Assembly (NCBI GenBank): GCA_035542155.1
Contig: DATKLX010000229.1
Coordinates: 442-64,441, forward strand
Origin: Anaerolineaceae bacterium
Lineage (GTDB): Bacteria > Chloroflexota > Anaerolineae > Anaerolineales > Anaerolineaceae
Direction of reading: 5' to 3'
Length of the DNA: 64,000 bases
Under the pieces are notes generated by a model that did not search any database, was not told the origin of the DNA, and worked only from the letters and a program-made list of their open reading frames with translations. The position numbers were made by a program, and so were the translations under genes. Below, one piece after another: positions 47,252 to 55,964 of the stretch. The number at the start of each line of letters is the position of its first letter. Within the stretch, counting starts at the first letter, position 1.

Positions 47252-48700
47252 TTACCTGGACCTACCCAGCCATAAGGTGATCCCATGAACCACCAGAGCC
47301 AGACCAAACATGCCGATTCCGAGGTTGATGAACAACCGCTGGAACAGCTCGACAGGGACAGGTGGGCCGGAGAGATCCGCGCCAGTTACTGGGATGACGC
47401 CCACAGGAGTGGAACCAGACGGTGCCGCCAGAGTTGGCACAGAGGTATGCGTAGGGGTGGGTGTCGAGGATGGAGTTTCGCCGCTTACCTGGGTGCCGGA
47501 GGTCGGCGTGGGGGTGCGGGAGGGAGTGGGGGTATTGGTGGACGCATTCGTCGCTGTGGTCGTGGGAGTCGGAGTGGCCGTGTTCGTCGGTTCGCTGGAT
47601 GTAGATGTGGCTGTTGGGGTCGGGGTGGGCGTGTTGGTTGGATTGGTTGACGTAGAAGTAGCTGTCGGCGTCGGAGTAAATGTATTGGTAGGAACGCTTG
47701 ACGTGGAAGTTGCTGTTGGCGTTGGCGTGTTAGTCGGAACGCTTGACGTGGAAGTTGTTGTTGGCGTGGGCGTGTTGGTGGCTGTATTGGTTGGAGTGTT
47801 CGTAGGTGTATTGGTCGGCGTGTTTGTGGGCGTAGGCAGCGTTCCCGTGGGCGTCAGGGTCGGTGTAGGGGTAACGGTGTGCGTATTGGTTGGCGTGAGG
47901 GTTGGCGTATTGGTGGGTGTATTGGTCGGAACACCAGGGGTATTGGTCGGTGTATTGGTCGCTGTATTGGTCGGTGTATTGGTGGGAAGACCCGGGGTAA
48001 CGGTTGGCGTATCAGTCGGTGTACTGGTGGGTGTATTGGTAGGAACCTCCGGGGTAACGGTTGGCGTATCAGTCGGTGTACTGGTGGGTGTATTGGTAGG
48101 AACCCCCGGGGTATTAGTCGGAGTGCGGGTATTCGTAGGAGTCGCCGTATTGGTCGGAGTTTTGCTGGGACCATGGGTTGGAGTCCGGGTCGGCGTGAAG
48201 GTAGGTACAGGCGGAGTAGAGCCGCAGTCCGTGTAGGGATACCAGTAATAATCTAGGCCGGCACCCTGATCCAGGAGCGAGTTGGTGCTGACCGGGTCGA
48301 GCAAATTCGCTCCCCAATGGATCTCGACCACCTGATCGCCCGGTCGGACACCTGGCCAGGTTCCATCTACCGAGAACCGGTAACCGTCCGATACTCCCCT
48401 GACATAAGAGTAGGTCTGTGGGGTTCTCAAGTCAGGTGGATTGACTATAAAAGCGGAAAGCTGCAAATCTGCCTTTTGACCTTCCGGCAGGGTCACCGTA
48501 CCATGGACTGTGATCGTCGTCGGGGAGAAATAACAGACTGCATGGTCTTTTTCGTCGAAGGTGACTGCCGGCGGCCCAGCCGCGACGGCGGGCTGGATAA
48601 TTGCTGATAAGGAGACCCCCAGAACCAAGAAGAGGATACTGCCGGTGTAAAAAGTATATGCCAGTACCTTTAGTATTGAACGAAGCTGAGAAGGTTTCAT
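47252..48700 (-). CDS. secreted Pro/Thr-repeat surface protein with C-terminal sorting-signal-like tail
   Basis: It has a signal peptide, a globular domain of about 120 aa and roughly 270 aa of TPTNTPT-type repeats. The tail is IPVTG + 16 aa + hydrophobic helix + GRSR. Confidence 0.8.
   Translation of the reverse strand: MKPSQLRSILKVLAYTFYTGSILFLVLGVSLSAIIQPAVAAGPPAVTFDEKDHAVCYFSPTTITVHGTVTLPEGQKADLQLSAFIVNPPDLRTPQTYSYVRGVSDGYRFSVDGTWPGVRPGDQVVEIHWGANLLDPVSTNSLLDQGAGLDYYWYPYTDCGSTPPVPTFTPTRTPTHGPSKTPTNTATPTNTRTPTNTPGVPTNTPTSTPTDTPTVTPEVPTNTPTSTPTDTPTVTPGLPTNTPTNTATNTPTNTPGVPTNTPTNTPTLTPTNTHTVTPTPTLTPTGTLPTPTNTPTNTPTNTPTNTATNTPTPTTTSTSSVPTNTPTPTATSTSSVPTNTFTPTPTATSTSTNPTNTPTPTPTATSTSSEPTNTATPTPTTTATNASTNTPTPSRTPTPTSGTQVSGETPSSTPTPTHTSVPTLAAPSGSTPVGVIPVTGADLSGPPVPVELFQRLFINLGIGMFGLALVVHGITLWLGRSR
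47691..47780. repeat. 2 x 45-bp imperfect tandem repeat inside the PT-repeat gene
   Basis: GGAACGCTTGACGTGGAAGTTG(C/T)TGTTGGCGT... is repeated at 47691 and 47736 with a few mismatches. Confidence 0.8.
47994..48107. repeat. 2 x 57-bp near-perfect tandem repeat inside the PT-repeat gene
   Basis: 47994-48050 and 48051-48107 differ at one base (T/C). Each copy encodes [19 protein letters not shown] on the minus strand. Confidence 0.9.
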
Positions 48701-48772
48701 TTTGGTTTTCCTTTTATCACCGATAATGGCCAGGATTGGAATGGCGTAAACTTTCCAACACCCTGCGGTGAT

Positions 48773-49711
48773 CTATAACAGGGCAGTTTGCAGTTTATAT
48801 CCGTATGCCTCGTTATTCAGAATCAAGGCCGGATTAGCAGGGTCTTTTTCAAGCTTGCGCCTGAGCAGGTAGATGAGATATTTCAGGCGCTTCCGAGCCA
48901 GAGATGTATCCTCACCCCAGACCTCATTGGCGAGGGTCTCATAATGGACCGTTTTTGGAGCATGCTTGGCCAGGACTGCCAGCACCGCAAACTCTTTAAT
49001 GGTTAGGTGAATAGGACGATTTCTTATGCTGACCTCCATCGTTTCGAGATTGATGATCAGTGGAATGCTGGGAAAAACCAGGGTAGTTTTATGCTCAGGC
49101 GCTTTCGAGCGGCGTAAAACCGCCTTGACCCGCGCAATGACCTCCGCATTGAAAAACGGTTTGGTGACGTAATCATCCACTCCGATCTGCAGCCCTTGTA
49201 CGATATCCTCCTTGCTACCTTTAGCGGATACGATAATCACCGGAGCAGCGGTCATCTGGCGAAGATAATCGAATGTCTGCCAGCCATCCGTTTCGGGCAT
49301 CATCAGATCAAGCAGAATGATGTCGGGTGGAATATCGGCGCATTTTTTGAGAGCTTCAGACGCATTGCTTGCCCCGATGACGTCAAATCCAGCCATTCTC
49401 AAGATCTCCTTGAGCAGGTGAAGCGTTTCCAGATCATCATCGACAATTAACACCCGCTGGCGGGACGGCCCCTGATAGATCACGTCCAGGTCTAATCCAG
49501 GCGAACCGGAATGGCGGGTGGAGGTATTCGATGCAATTGCAGACAAACGAGTCTCAGAACTCACTTTTCCTACCAGCTTTCCAATTTGACGGTTCCGGAT
49601 GAGGGGTTCATTGAGCCAGAAAACAATTTGGCTTTGGTTAGGTAGCTCATTCAAAGATAATATTGTTAAAATAATCTGATCCATGCAGGCGCACGGAACA
49701 GGAATTGCCAA
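48773..49711 (-). CDS. response regulator, OmpR/PhoB winged-helix family, with about 85-aa N-terminal extension
   Basis: The receiver domain has VLIVDDDLE ... IILLDLMMPETDG. The winged helix has LTIKEFAVLAVL ... YGYKL. The start is uncertain (ATG 49711, ATG 49684 or an internal GTG). Confidence 0.8.
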   Translation of the reverse strand: MAIPVPCACMDQIILTILSLNELPNQSQIVFWLNEPLIRNRQIGKLVGKVSSETRLSAIASNTSTRHSGSPGLDLDVIYQGPSRQRVLIVDDDLETLHLLKEILRMAGFDVIGASNASEALKKCADIPPDIILLDLMMPETDGWQTFDYLRQMTAAPVIIVSAKGSKEDIVQGLQIGVDDYVTKPFFNAEVIARVKAVLRRSKAPEHKTTLVFPSIPLIINLETMEVSIRNRPIHLTIKEFAVLAVLAKHAPKTVHYETLANEVWGEDTSLARKRLKYLIYLLRRKLEKDPANPALILNNEAYGYKLQTALL

Positions 49712-49915
49712 TCGGATAAGAATGTTAAGTCGAAAAATACTCCTGTAAATTACCCCGATGATTAGGAGCCTGGTTGTGCCTTACAAAATGCTTACACCCC
49801 ACGCCATCGGACTTAACAAATTTGTAAAGTCAGTATATAACCACAAAATAACTTTGTCAATAACCAATATGGATCTACTTTCTCACCTTAACGATAGGAT
49901 TAAATAATATCCATC

Positions 49916-50689
49916 CTAGATATGGCGAGTGTCCCTTCCAACCGGATTCTGAAGAGAGCCAATCCCCTCCACCGTCGCAACGATCACGTCCCCTGATTGC
50001 AGCGGCGCGATGCCGGCGGGCGTCCCGGTCATGATCGCATCGCCAGGCGATAAGGTCATGATTGTAGAGATAAAAGCAATCAATTGGCGCACGCTGAAAA
50101 CCATATCGCGCGTAGAAGCCATCTGGCGGAGCTCCTGGTTGACGTGGCAGGTCACCATAGCGTCCGCCGGGTCGAATTCCGTTTCAATCCAGGGTCCTAA
50201 TGGGCAAAAAGTGTCAAACCCTTTTGCCCGGGTCCACTGCCCATCTTTGCGCTGCAGATCCCGGGCGGTCACATCATTCCCGACGGTATAGCCAAATACG
50301 TGCTCGAGAGCATCTTCCGGGCGGATCCACCGCCCTGTTTTCCCGATGACGACTACCAGCTCGGCCTCATGGTCTACCTGTTCGGCCTGGGGGGGAAGCA
50401 GGATGGTCTCATCCGGCCCAATCACCGCGGTAGGGGGTTTCATGAAAAGCAGGGGATATTCCGGAACGGCGTTACCCAATTCTTGAGCGTGTTCCGCGTA
50501 ATTCCGGCCGACGCAGATGATCTTGGAAGGCTGCAGCGGGGGCAGCAGGCGGACCAACTCGAGGGGAATTTGAGCTTCCAGGCGGCGAAATTCGCCAAAC
50601 GGCGATCCTTCAAGAGGCCCAACGTGATTTTCATAAATCCAGCCCCACTGCGGCTTTTCTCCGCGGCGCTGAAAACGGACGATGCGCAT
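49916..50689 (-). CDS. fumarylacetoacetate hydrolase (FAH) family protein
   Basis: It has the blocks DHEAELVVVIGK, GYTVGNDVTARDLQ, KGFDTFCPLGPW and TGTPAG. I prefer ATG 50689. Confidence 0.85.
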   Translation of the reverse strand: MRIVRFQRRGEKPQWGWIYENHVGPLEGSPFGEFRRLEAQIPLELVRLLPPLQPSKIICVGRNYAEHAQELGNAVPEYPLLFMKPPTAVIGPDETILLPPQAEQVDHEAELVVVIGKTGRWIRPEDALEHVFGYTVGNDVTARDLQRKDGQWTRAKGFDTFCPLGPWIETEFDPADAMVTCHVNQELRQMASTRDMVFSVRQLIAFISTIMTLSPGDAIMTGTPAGIAPLQSGDVIVATVEGIGSLQNPVGRDTRHI

Positions 50690-50824
50690 ATTCTCCCTCC
50701 TGGTGAAATCCGGCAACCCTTCCGGTAATCTTATCGGCGAGCAGACCCGCTGTCAAGCCGGTTCAATGAGACGTCAAGCCTGGGGAAAAAATGGAAGAAA
50801 GCTATGGTACAATCGATGGGGAAT

Positions 50825-50901
50825 GGGCGCTTAGCTCAGTCGGTTAGAGCACTTCGTTTACACCGAAGGGGTCGGGGGTTCGAGTCCCTCAGCGCCCACC
50901 A
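50825..50901 (+). tRNA. tRNA-Val (anticodon TAC), CCA encoded
   Basis: The cloverleaf is: acceptor GGGCGCT/AGCGCCC, D-arm GCTC-AGTCGGTTA-GAGC, anticodon arm CTTCG-TTTACAC-CGAAG, T-arm GGGGG-TTCGAGT-CCCTC, then A-CCA. Confidence 0.9.
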
Positions 50902-50904
50902 GGA

Positions 50905-50929
50905 CCATCCCGCGGCCGGGATGGTTTTT
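50905..50929 (+). terminator. intrinsic terminator after tRNA-Val
   Basis: CCATCCCG-CGGC-CGGGATGG is followed by TTTTT. Confidence 0.8.
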
Positions 50930-51181
50930 CCATTCATCTCATCCACCTGCGATCCCAACCCAATCGCACATGTATCGCTCTCATCCCCGCCATCTCCGCG
51001 GCAGACTCTTCGGCTGCATCCGGCGGAGGTGATTCCCCGTGAGCTTCGGGAGGCGGCGCATCGGGGACCGGATGAACAATCAAAATGGCTGATCCATTGA
51101 TGGGTACTATTTAGAGTGTTCTGACGTACAGCAGCATAGTATAATGAACCATCTTTATCCTTAACAAACCCAGGTAGTTCC

Positions 51182-52102
51182 ATGAAACCCCAAAAACCAT
51201 TCCATCGTTTTCTGCTTGGAGCTGGCCTCGTTCTCGTTCTCGTAATCGCCGGATTTACCATAGTCAATACCATCATCCCTACCTGGGGCTCGACCACGCA
51301 AGAGATGCGCATGGCATTGCCAGGCGATGATGCCATCCCCAACCCCAATTTGACCTGGGACCACGCGCTGACAATCCACGCCCCGGCAGAAGTGGTGTAT
51401 CCCTGGCTGGTGCAGATCGGCGATTCACGGGCGGCTTTTTATTCGATCACCTTTATCGAAAATGCATTCTGTGCTACGAGCGGTGAATGCCGCTACGTGA
51501 ACGCGGACCGGATCCATCCAGAATGGCAGACCCCTGAGAAGGGGAAACAGGGGATCATCGTGGATTACATGGTTATCCAGGATTATCAGGCTGGCAGCTA
51601 CGTGCTGGCTGTCCCCACCGAAAAGCTGCCGCTCCAATGGACCTGGCTGTGGTACGTCCAGCCCATCGACGAGAGCACCTCCCGGCTAATCGTTCGCCAC
51701 CGGATTGCTTTCCCTCCTGACGCACCCAAAGCGATCGTCAACACGGTGTTCTCAGCCGGTTTCATCATGGAACGGGGGATGATGCTGGGCATCCAGTCCC
51801 GTGCCGAGGGGATTGTTCCGGGGGCGTTGGAAGAGCCGTTGGGAGCAGTTCTCTGGCTGCTGGTTTTTGGGATGGGTGTTGCCTGCGCAATCCGTTTTAT
51901 TCGCATCGCTGACGGCTACCATCCCCTGGGAGTGGGCCTGGAAGCCGTAGCGGTATTGTTCATCCTGACCTATATCCAGCCAGCAATCCTCGTTCGGGTT
52001 GTCCTGACTCTATTAGTCGCCGCGGGGGTATACGTCGCGTTCAGGCGCAAACATGTCCAGGCCAGTCTTCCGTTGAAGGAGGACCTCGCCGAGGGAAGGT
52101 AG
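51182..52102 (+). CDS. hypothetical membrane protein (N-terminal TM, SRPBCC-like middle, C-terminal TM helices)
   Basis: The call rests on the hydrophobicity pattern. The SRPBCC resemblance is weak and based on memory only. Confidence 0.5.
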   Translation: MKPQKPFHRFLLGAGLVLVLVIAGFTIVNTIIPTWGSTTQEMRMALPGDDAIPNPNLTWDHALTIHAPAEVVYPWLVQIGDSRAAFYSITFIENAFCATSGECRYVNADRIHPEWQTPEKGKQGIIVDYMVIQDYQAGSYVLAVPTEKLPLQWTWLWYVQPIDESTSRLIVRHRIAFPPDAPKAIVNTVFSAGFIMERGMMLGIQSRAEGIVPGALEEPLGAVLWLLVFGMGVACAIRFIRIADGYHPLGVGLEAVAVLFILTYIQPAILVRVVLTLLVAAGVYVAFRRKHVQASLPLKEDLAEGR

Positions 52103-52205
52103 TTAATCGAAATGCTCTCGCGCATAAGCGATCATTGGACGAACCCATTTAAGATATGTACCGCCATAAAAACAGCAAGGCGCGTCGCCCCCACTCGCGG
52201 GTCGG

Positions 52206-53369
52206 CTAGAACTGGCCGGCCAGGCTGCCGGCATAACCGGTCAGCTCGACATAGCCATTACCGGTGACCGGCGCCCCGCCGGCGCTCCCGGAGAGCTTCA
52301 CCGCCCCTTCCCAGTAGGTAAAAGACAGATGGTTTTCTTGATCGGGTATCCAGGGCTGAATTTCCAGATCCAATCCAGCTTCTGGAACCTGCAATCGCCA
52401 GCCGGCCGGGTAGACACCTCCCGAATGCGGGCTTTTCCACTTGTCGAGCATCTCGATCTTCACCGTGGCTAGATCGAGAGGCCTGGAGGCGCTGTCCGCC
52501 GCAATGAATAGGCCGCTGGAAAATGAGTCCGTAGTCCCATCCGCGCGGCGGAGGCAGTAAACCATCACCTCGGTCCCGTTGCTGAGCTGCAGGGCGAACC
52601 AGTCCCAGCCGACCTGGCCTTTGGAGAGCATGCTGGTGGAAAATTCGTGGTCCATCCAGCTCACTCCGCTCACTTCGAACCGTTTCCCGTCCGATTCAAC
52701 CTGGCCGGTGGTCAACAGGCGGGTCTGGCTGAAGTAATACGAAGCGTTTCCCGCTTCAGGGCCTTTCTGGCTGTACCCATGGTCGCCTTGCAGCGCCAGC
52801 CCCTTCCGATCGACGAGGGTCAAATCCAGAGAAATTTCGCCCTGCCTGGCCTGCAGGCGGTAGCTATCGCTGCCAGCTTGTTCAACGCGCCAATCATCCA
52901 GCCAGACCCGATAGGCCGGATCGATGCCAGCTCCTGCCAATCCCGCCGCCCCGCGCTCGATGCGCTCGAAAGATTGGAAACGGTTCGCACCCACATCGGT
53001 GAGCGCAAAGTGCGCCAGGTAGATTTGGCCAGCAGCCCAGGGAGAGCTTCGCTCAAAAAGCCGGGCAGGACCGGCGAGCCCTCTGCGGAAAAAAGTGAGC
53101 TGGAAGCCAAAGTGGCGGCCGTCCTTCGAATCCAGGTTTCCCGTGTAATACCACCATTCGGTCTGGTAAGCAGGGTGAGGGCCGAAATCGCGGGGGAATT
53201 CAAGCGGTGCAGGTCCAAGTACGCGCGCAAAATCCGCATCTGGCGGGGGGAGGACCACCAGACTGGCCTGAACCACCTCCGGATGCCGGTTAAACTCCAC
53301 AGCGGCTGCAATCCAGAAACCCGCCGCAGCGAGAAGAAAGATCAGGCCAATCAGAAAACACCTTTTCAT
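52206..53369 (-). CDS. AttH/CrtC-like lipocalin-domain protein (secreted)
   Basis: It has a signal peptide and the block EWWYYTGNL ... GRHFGFQLTFFR typical of AttH / hydroxyneurosporene-synthase-like proteins. It lies downstream of an FtsX permease and an ABC ATPase. Confidence 0.7.
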   Translation of the reverse strand: MKRCFLIGLIFLLAAAGFWIAAAVEFNRHPEVVQASLVVLPPPDADFARVLGPAPLEFPRDFGPHPAYQTEWWYYTGNLDSKDGRHFGFQLTFFRRGLAGPARLFERSSPWAAGQIYLAHFALTDVGANRFQSFERIERGAAGLAGAGIDPAYRVWLDDWRVEQAGSDSYRLQARQGEISLDLTLVDRKGLALQGDHGYSQKGPEAGNASYYFSQTRLLTTGQVESDGKRFEVSGVSWMDHEFSTSMLSKGQVGWDWFALQLSNGTEVMVYCLRRADGTTDSFSSGLFIAADSASRPLDLATVKIEMLDKWKSPHSGGVYPAGWRLQVPEAGLDLEIQPWIPDQENHLSFTYWEGAVKLSGSAGGAPVTGNGYVELTGYAGSLAGQF

Positions 53370-53378
53370 GGCGATTCC

Positions 53379-55964
53379 CTATTCAGAGCGCATCGCATCC
53401 GCCGCAGCCATCCGCCCCAATCGGCGCGCCGGGTAGAGGCCGGCCAGGAGCGCCGCCAAAAGAGCAATTGCCAGCGCCTGCAGAAAAGGTCCAGGGCCTA
53501 GCTCCATCCGCAGAGTCCAGCCAAAAGATCGCTGGTTGATGATGTAGATCAGGATCAGAGCCAGTACGTAGCCGGTCGGCATGGCAAACAGGCCGGCCGC
53601 CAACCCCATGAGGCCGGTCTCGAGCAGAACCAGTTCCCATAGCTGGCGAACTGTCAGGCCGATGGCGCGCAGGATCCCCAGCTCGCGCTGCTTATCCAAC
53701 TGGAGGAGCAGCAGAGAATTGAGCAGGCCAACGAAGGCAACCAGAATAGTAAGGATCTGCAGCGCGCCGGTGATGGCAAAGGTGCGATCGAAGACTACCA
53801 GGACCTCACGACGCAGAGCCTGGTTGGGTTGGACAACGATTTGCTGCCCAGAGGCAAAGGCATCCTGGATCTGGCGAGATACCTGGTCCGGATCGCTTCC
53901 TTTCGCCAGGCGGAGGGAAATCGCGGTGATCGCCGGGTCGCTCCACAATCGGCGGTAAACGTCCAGCGACATCAGCACGATCCCCTGGCTGGAAGAATAA
54001 TCGTAATACACTCCGGCGACGGGGAAGGACTTCTCCCCCTGCGGAGTGTTCAAGTACACAGCTCCACCCCGATCGCCAATCTGAAGGCGGTTGGCCAGCG
54101 GTTCCGAGATCAAGACCGCGCCGGCCTTTAACGCAGGGTATATATCGTCCACCCGGCCTCGAAGGCTGCGGAAGATCCGCTCGCTGGCGATGCTCGGGTT
54201 GTCGGTGGCAGAGACCTGGACCGGGCCCAAGGGGGACTCGACTCGGGCCACGCGGAGCAGATCAAGGCGGGCGACGCCCCGCCAGCGGCGCAGGGCTTCC
54301 ACGCGAGCCGGGTCGATCTCGATTGCGGCAGCGGTGGCGGTGAAACTGGGAGCGGAGATATAGACGTCGCCCTGGAGGCTTTGCTCAAGCCAGGTGATCA
54401 CCGTCCCGCGAAAGCTGGCGATCATCAGGCTCACCCCGACTGTCACTGCCACGGCGACCATCAACGCCGCAACCGCCACCCCGGTGCGGCTCAGCGCCGA
54501 GGTCACGTTGCGGGGCGCCATCCTCCCCAGCACGCCGAAGACACCGGCCGTCAGCGGGGTGAGCAGGCGCATGAGACCGAGCAGACCCCCAACCGCCAGC
54601 AGCGCAAAGGCGACCACTAATGCCAGGGTCCCGCTGAAACCGGCCACCAGACTGCGCGTCGGCAGGGCAAACACGCCGGCGCCGAGCAGCGCGGCCAGAA
54701 TCCCTGTGATAGTAATTGCTTTCACCGAGCCGCGAGCGCGAGACTCGAGGGTCGAGCGGAGCAGGGCCAGGCGTGGAGAGACCAAGGCCGCTTCCCAGGC
54801 AGGGGGAACAGTCGCCAGTAGGACGGCGCCCACCCCTAGGAGGCCGCCTTTCACCAGGCTGGAGAGCGGCAGGCCGACGTCGCGAACGGTGGTGGTGAAG
54901 TATAGATCGTTGATCGTCTGCAGGACCAGGCGCACGGTCACCTGGCCGAGGAGAATACCCAGGCCCAGGCCGGCGAGCGATCCGATCACGGCAACCAGGC
55001 CGGCCTCGCCCAGGACGAGGGTGAATATTTCCCCGCGGGTGACACCCAGGCAGCGCAGAGTGCCGAAGAGCTGGCGGCGCTGGACGACCGAGAAGGTCAT
55101 GGTGTTATAGATCAGGAACAGGCCGACGACCAGGGCCAGCAGGCTCAGCGCGGTGAGATTGACCTGGAAGGCATCGCTCAATTGGGAGAGGGTGGAGTTG
55201 TTCTCCGCCGTGGAAGCCAACTCCACCCCACCCGGAAGCCGGGCGCGGATTCTGGCAACTCGCCCCGGATCGTTTGTGGGCAGGATCAGGTCGATGCGGT
55301 CCAGGCGGCCGATGCGCCCGGTCAGCTCCTGGGCGGTAGCAATATCGACCAGGATCAGGCCATCCAACGTGCGCCGGGATAGATCGTCCTGCGGCTCGAG
55401 CAGTCCGGCGACAAATCCTTCCCTGATCTTCCCGCCCATATTGAAAGTCAGCGAGGATCCCAGGTTCAGATGGTAACGCCGGGCATTTTCGGCCGAAATC
55501 AGCGCCGCGCCGGGACGGGTGAGAAAGTCGACAAGCAGGCTTGAGGAAGGCGCCGGGCTGGCGCCAAAAAAGCCGCGAAACGGGGCTTCCGCCAGCGGAT
55601 CGACGCCGAGGAGCTGCAGCGGCTGCCCGCCGAGCTGCGGCGAGCTGACGATCGCGCTCACCACCGGCGCGGCTGCCTGGACCAACCCTGACTGGCGCAG
55701 GCGGAGATAGACCTGGTCATCCATACCGAGCGAGCCGGCGGAAATCTGGTGGGTCGCCCTGCCGGTCAGCGTCTCAGTGCTGAGGTGGAAGGCGCGGCTG
55801 GCCGATGCATTGGCGATATCAATCGAAACGACGACCGCCACCCCAAGCGCAACACCGATCACCATCAGGACCGCCTGCCAGGAGTGGCGGCGCAGATAAC
55901 CCCAGGCAACCTTCCACAGGACCGGGGGAAAGCGCGGGGTTGCGAAGCGCAGGTCAGCGGCCAT
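53379..55964 (-). CDS. ABC transporter permease with two FtsX domains (MacB/AttFG-like)
   Basis: The 861-aa product has two 4-TM FtsX-type blocks, each preceded by a large extracytoplasmic loop. It overlaps the ATPase gene by 11 bp. Confidence 0.8.
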   Translation of the reverse strand: MAADLRFATPRFPPVLWKVAWGYLRRHSWQAVLMVIGVALGVAVVVSIDIANASASRAFHLSTETLTGRATHQISAGSLGMDDQVYLRLRQSGLVQAAAPVVSAIVSSPQLGGQPLQLLGVDPLAEAPFRGFFGASPAPSSSLLVDFLTRPGAALISAENARRYHLNLGSSLTFNMGGKIREGFVAGLLEPQDDLSRRTLDGLILVDIATAQELTGRIGRLDRIDLILPTNDPGRVARIRARLPGGVELASTAENNSTLSQLSDAFQVNLTALSLLALVVGLFLIYNTMTFSVVQRRQLFGTLRCLGVTRGEIFTLVLGEAGLVAVIGSLAGLGLGILLGQVTVRLVLQTINDLYFTTTVRDVGLPLSSLVKGGLLGVGAVLLATVPPAWEAALVSPRLALLRSTLESRARGSVKAITITGILAALLGAGVFALPTRSLVAGFSGTLALVVAFALLAVGGLLGLMRLLTPLTAGVFGVLGRMAPRNVTSALSRTGVAVAALMVAVAVTVGVSLMIASFRGTVITWLEQSLQGDVYISAPSFTATAAAIEIDPARVEALRRWRGVARLDLLRVARVESPLGPVQVSATDNPSIASERIFRSLRGRVDDIYPALKAGAVLISEPLANRLQIGDRGGAVYLNTPQGEKSFPVAGVYYDYSSSQGIVLMSLDVYRRLWSDPAITAISLRLAKGSDPDQVSRQIQDAFASGQQIVVQPNQALRREVLVVFDRTFAITGALQILTILVAFVGLLNSLLLLQLDKQRELGILRAIGLTVRQLWELVLLETGLMGLAAGLFAMPTGYVLALILIYIINQRSFGWTLRMELGPGPFLQALAIALLAALLAGLYPARRLGRMAAADAMRSE

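Noticed and set aside
47430-48230. Regularly spaced repeats that might suggest a CRISPR array.
   Set aside because: The repeats are contiguous, in-frame coding tandem repeats with no unique spacers. They lie inside a continuous ORF, and no cas genes are present in the window.
47310-48236. A 308-aa plus-strand ORF rich in Val/Gly (with other long ORFs at 47285-47650 and 47879-48256) lies opposite the PT-repeat gene.
   Set aside because: It is a mirror image of a low-complexity ACN/CCN repeat, so any frame stays open. The minus-strand product has a signal peptide, a globular domain and a sorting signal, whereas the antisense product is featureless poly-V/G.
50986-50997. A 12-nt identity (CCCGCCATCTCC) links the region downstream of tRNA-Val to the 3' end of ssrA (57262-57273). 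It raised the possibility of att-type direct repeats bounding a 6-kb island.
   Set aside because: The partial copy lies upstream of ssrA, whereas a displaced 3' fragment from integration would lie downstream. The match is short, there is no integrase, and the enclosed AttH/ABC genes have native-looking composition. Chance is the likely explanation, and a whole-genome repeat search would settle it.
50804-51348. ORFs 50804-51100 (+) and 50836-51348 (-), and likewise 35131-35379 (-) and 57096-57314 (-).
   Set aside because: They run through tRNA-Val, tRNA-Arg or the tmRNA gene and their terminators, so they are not credible coding regions.
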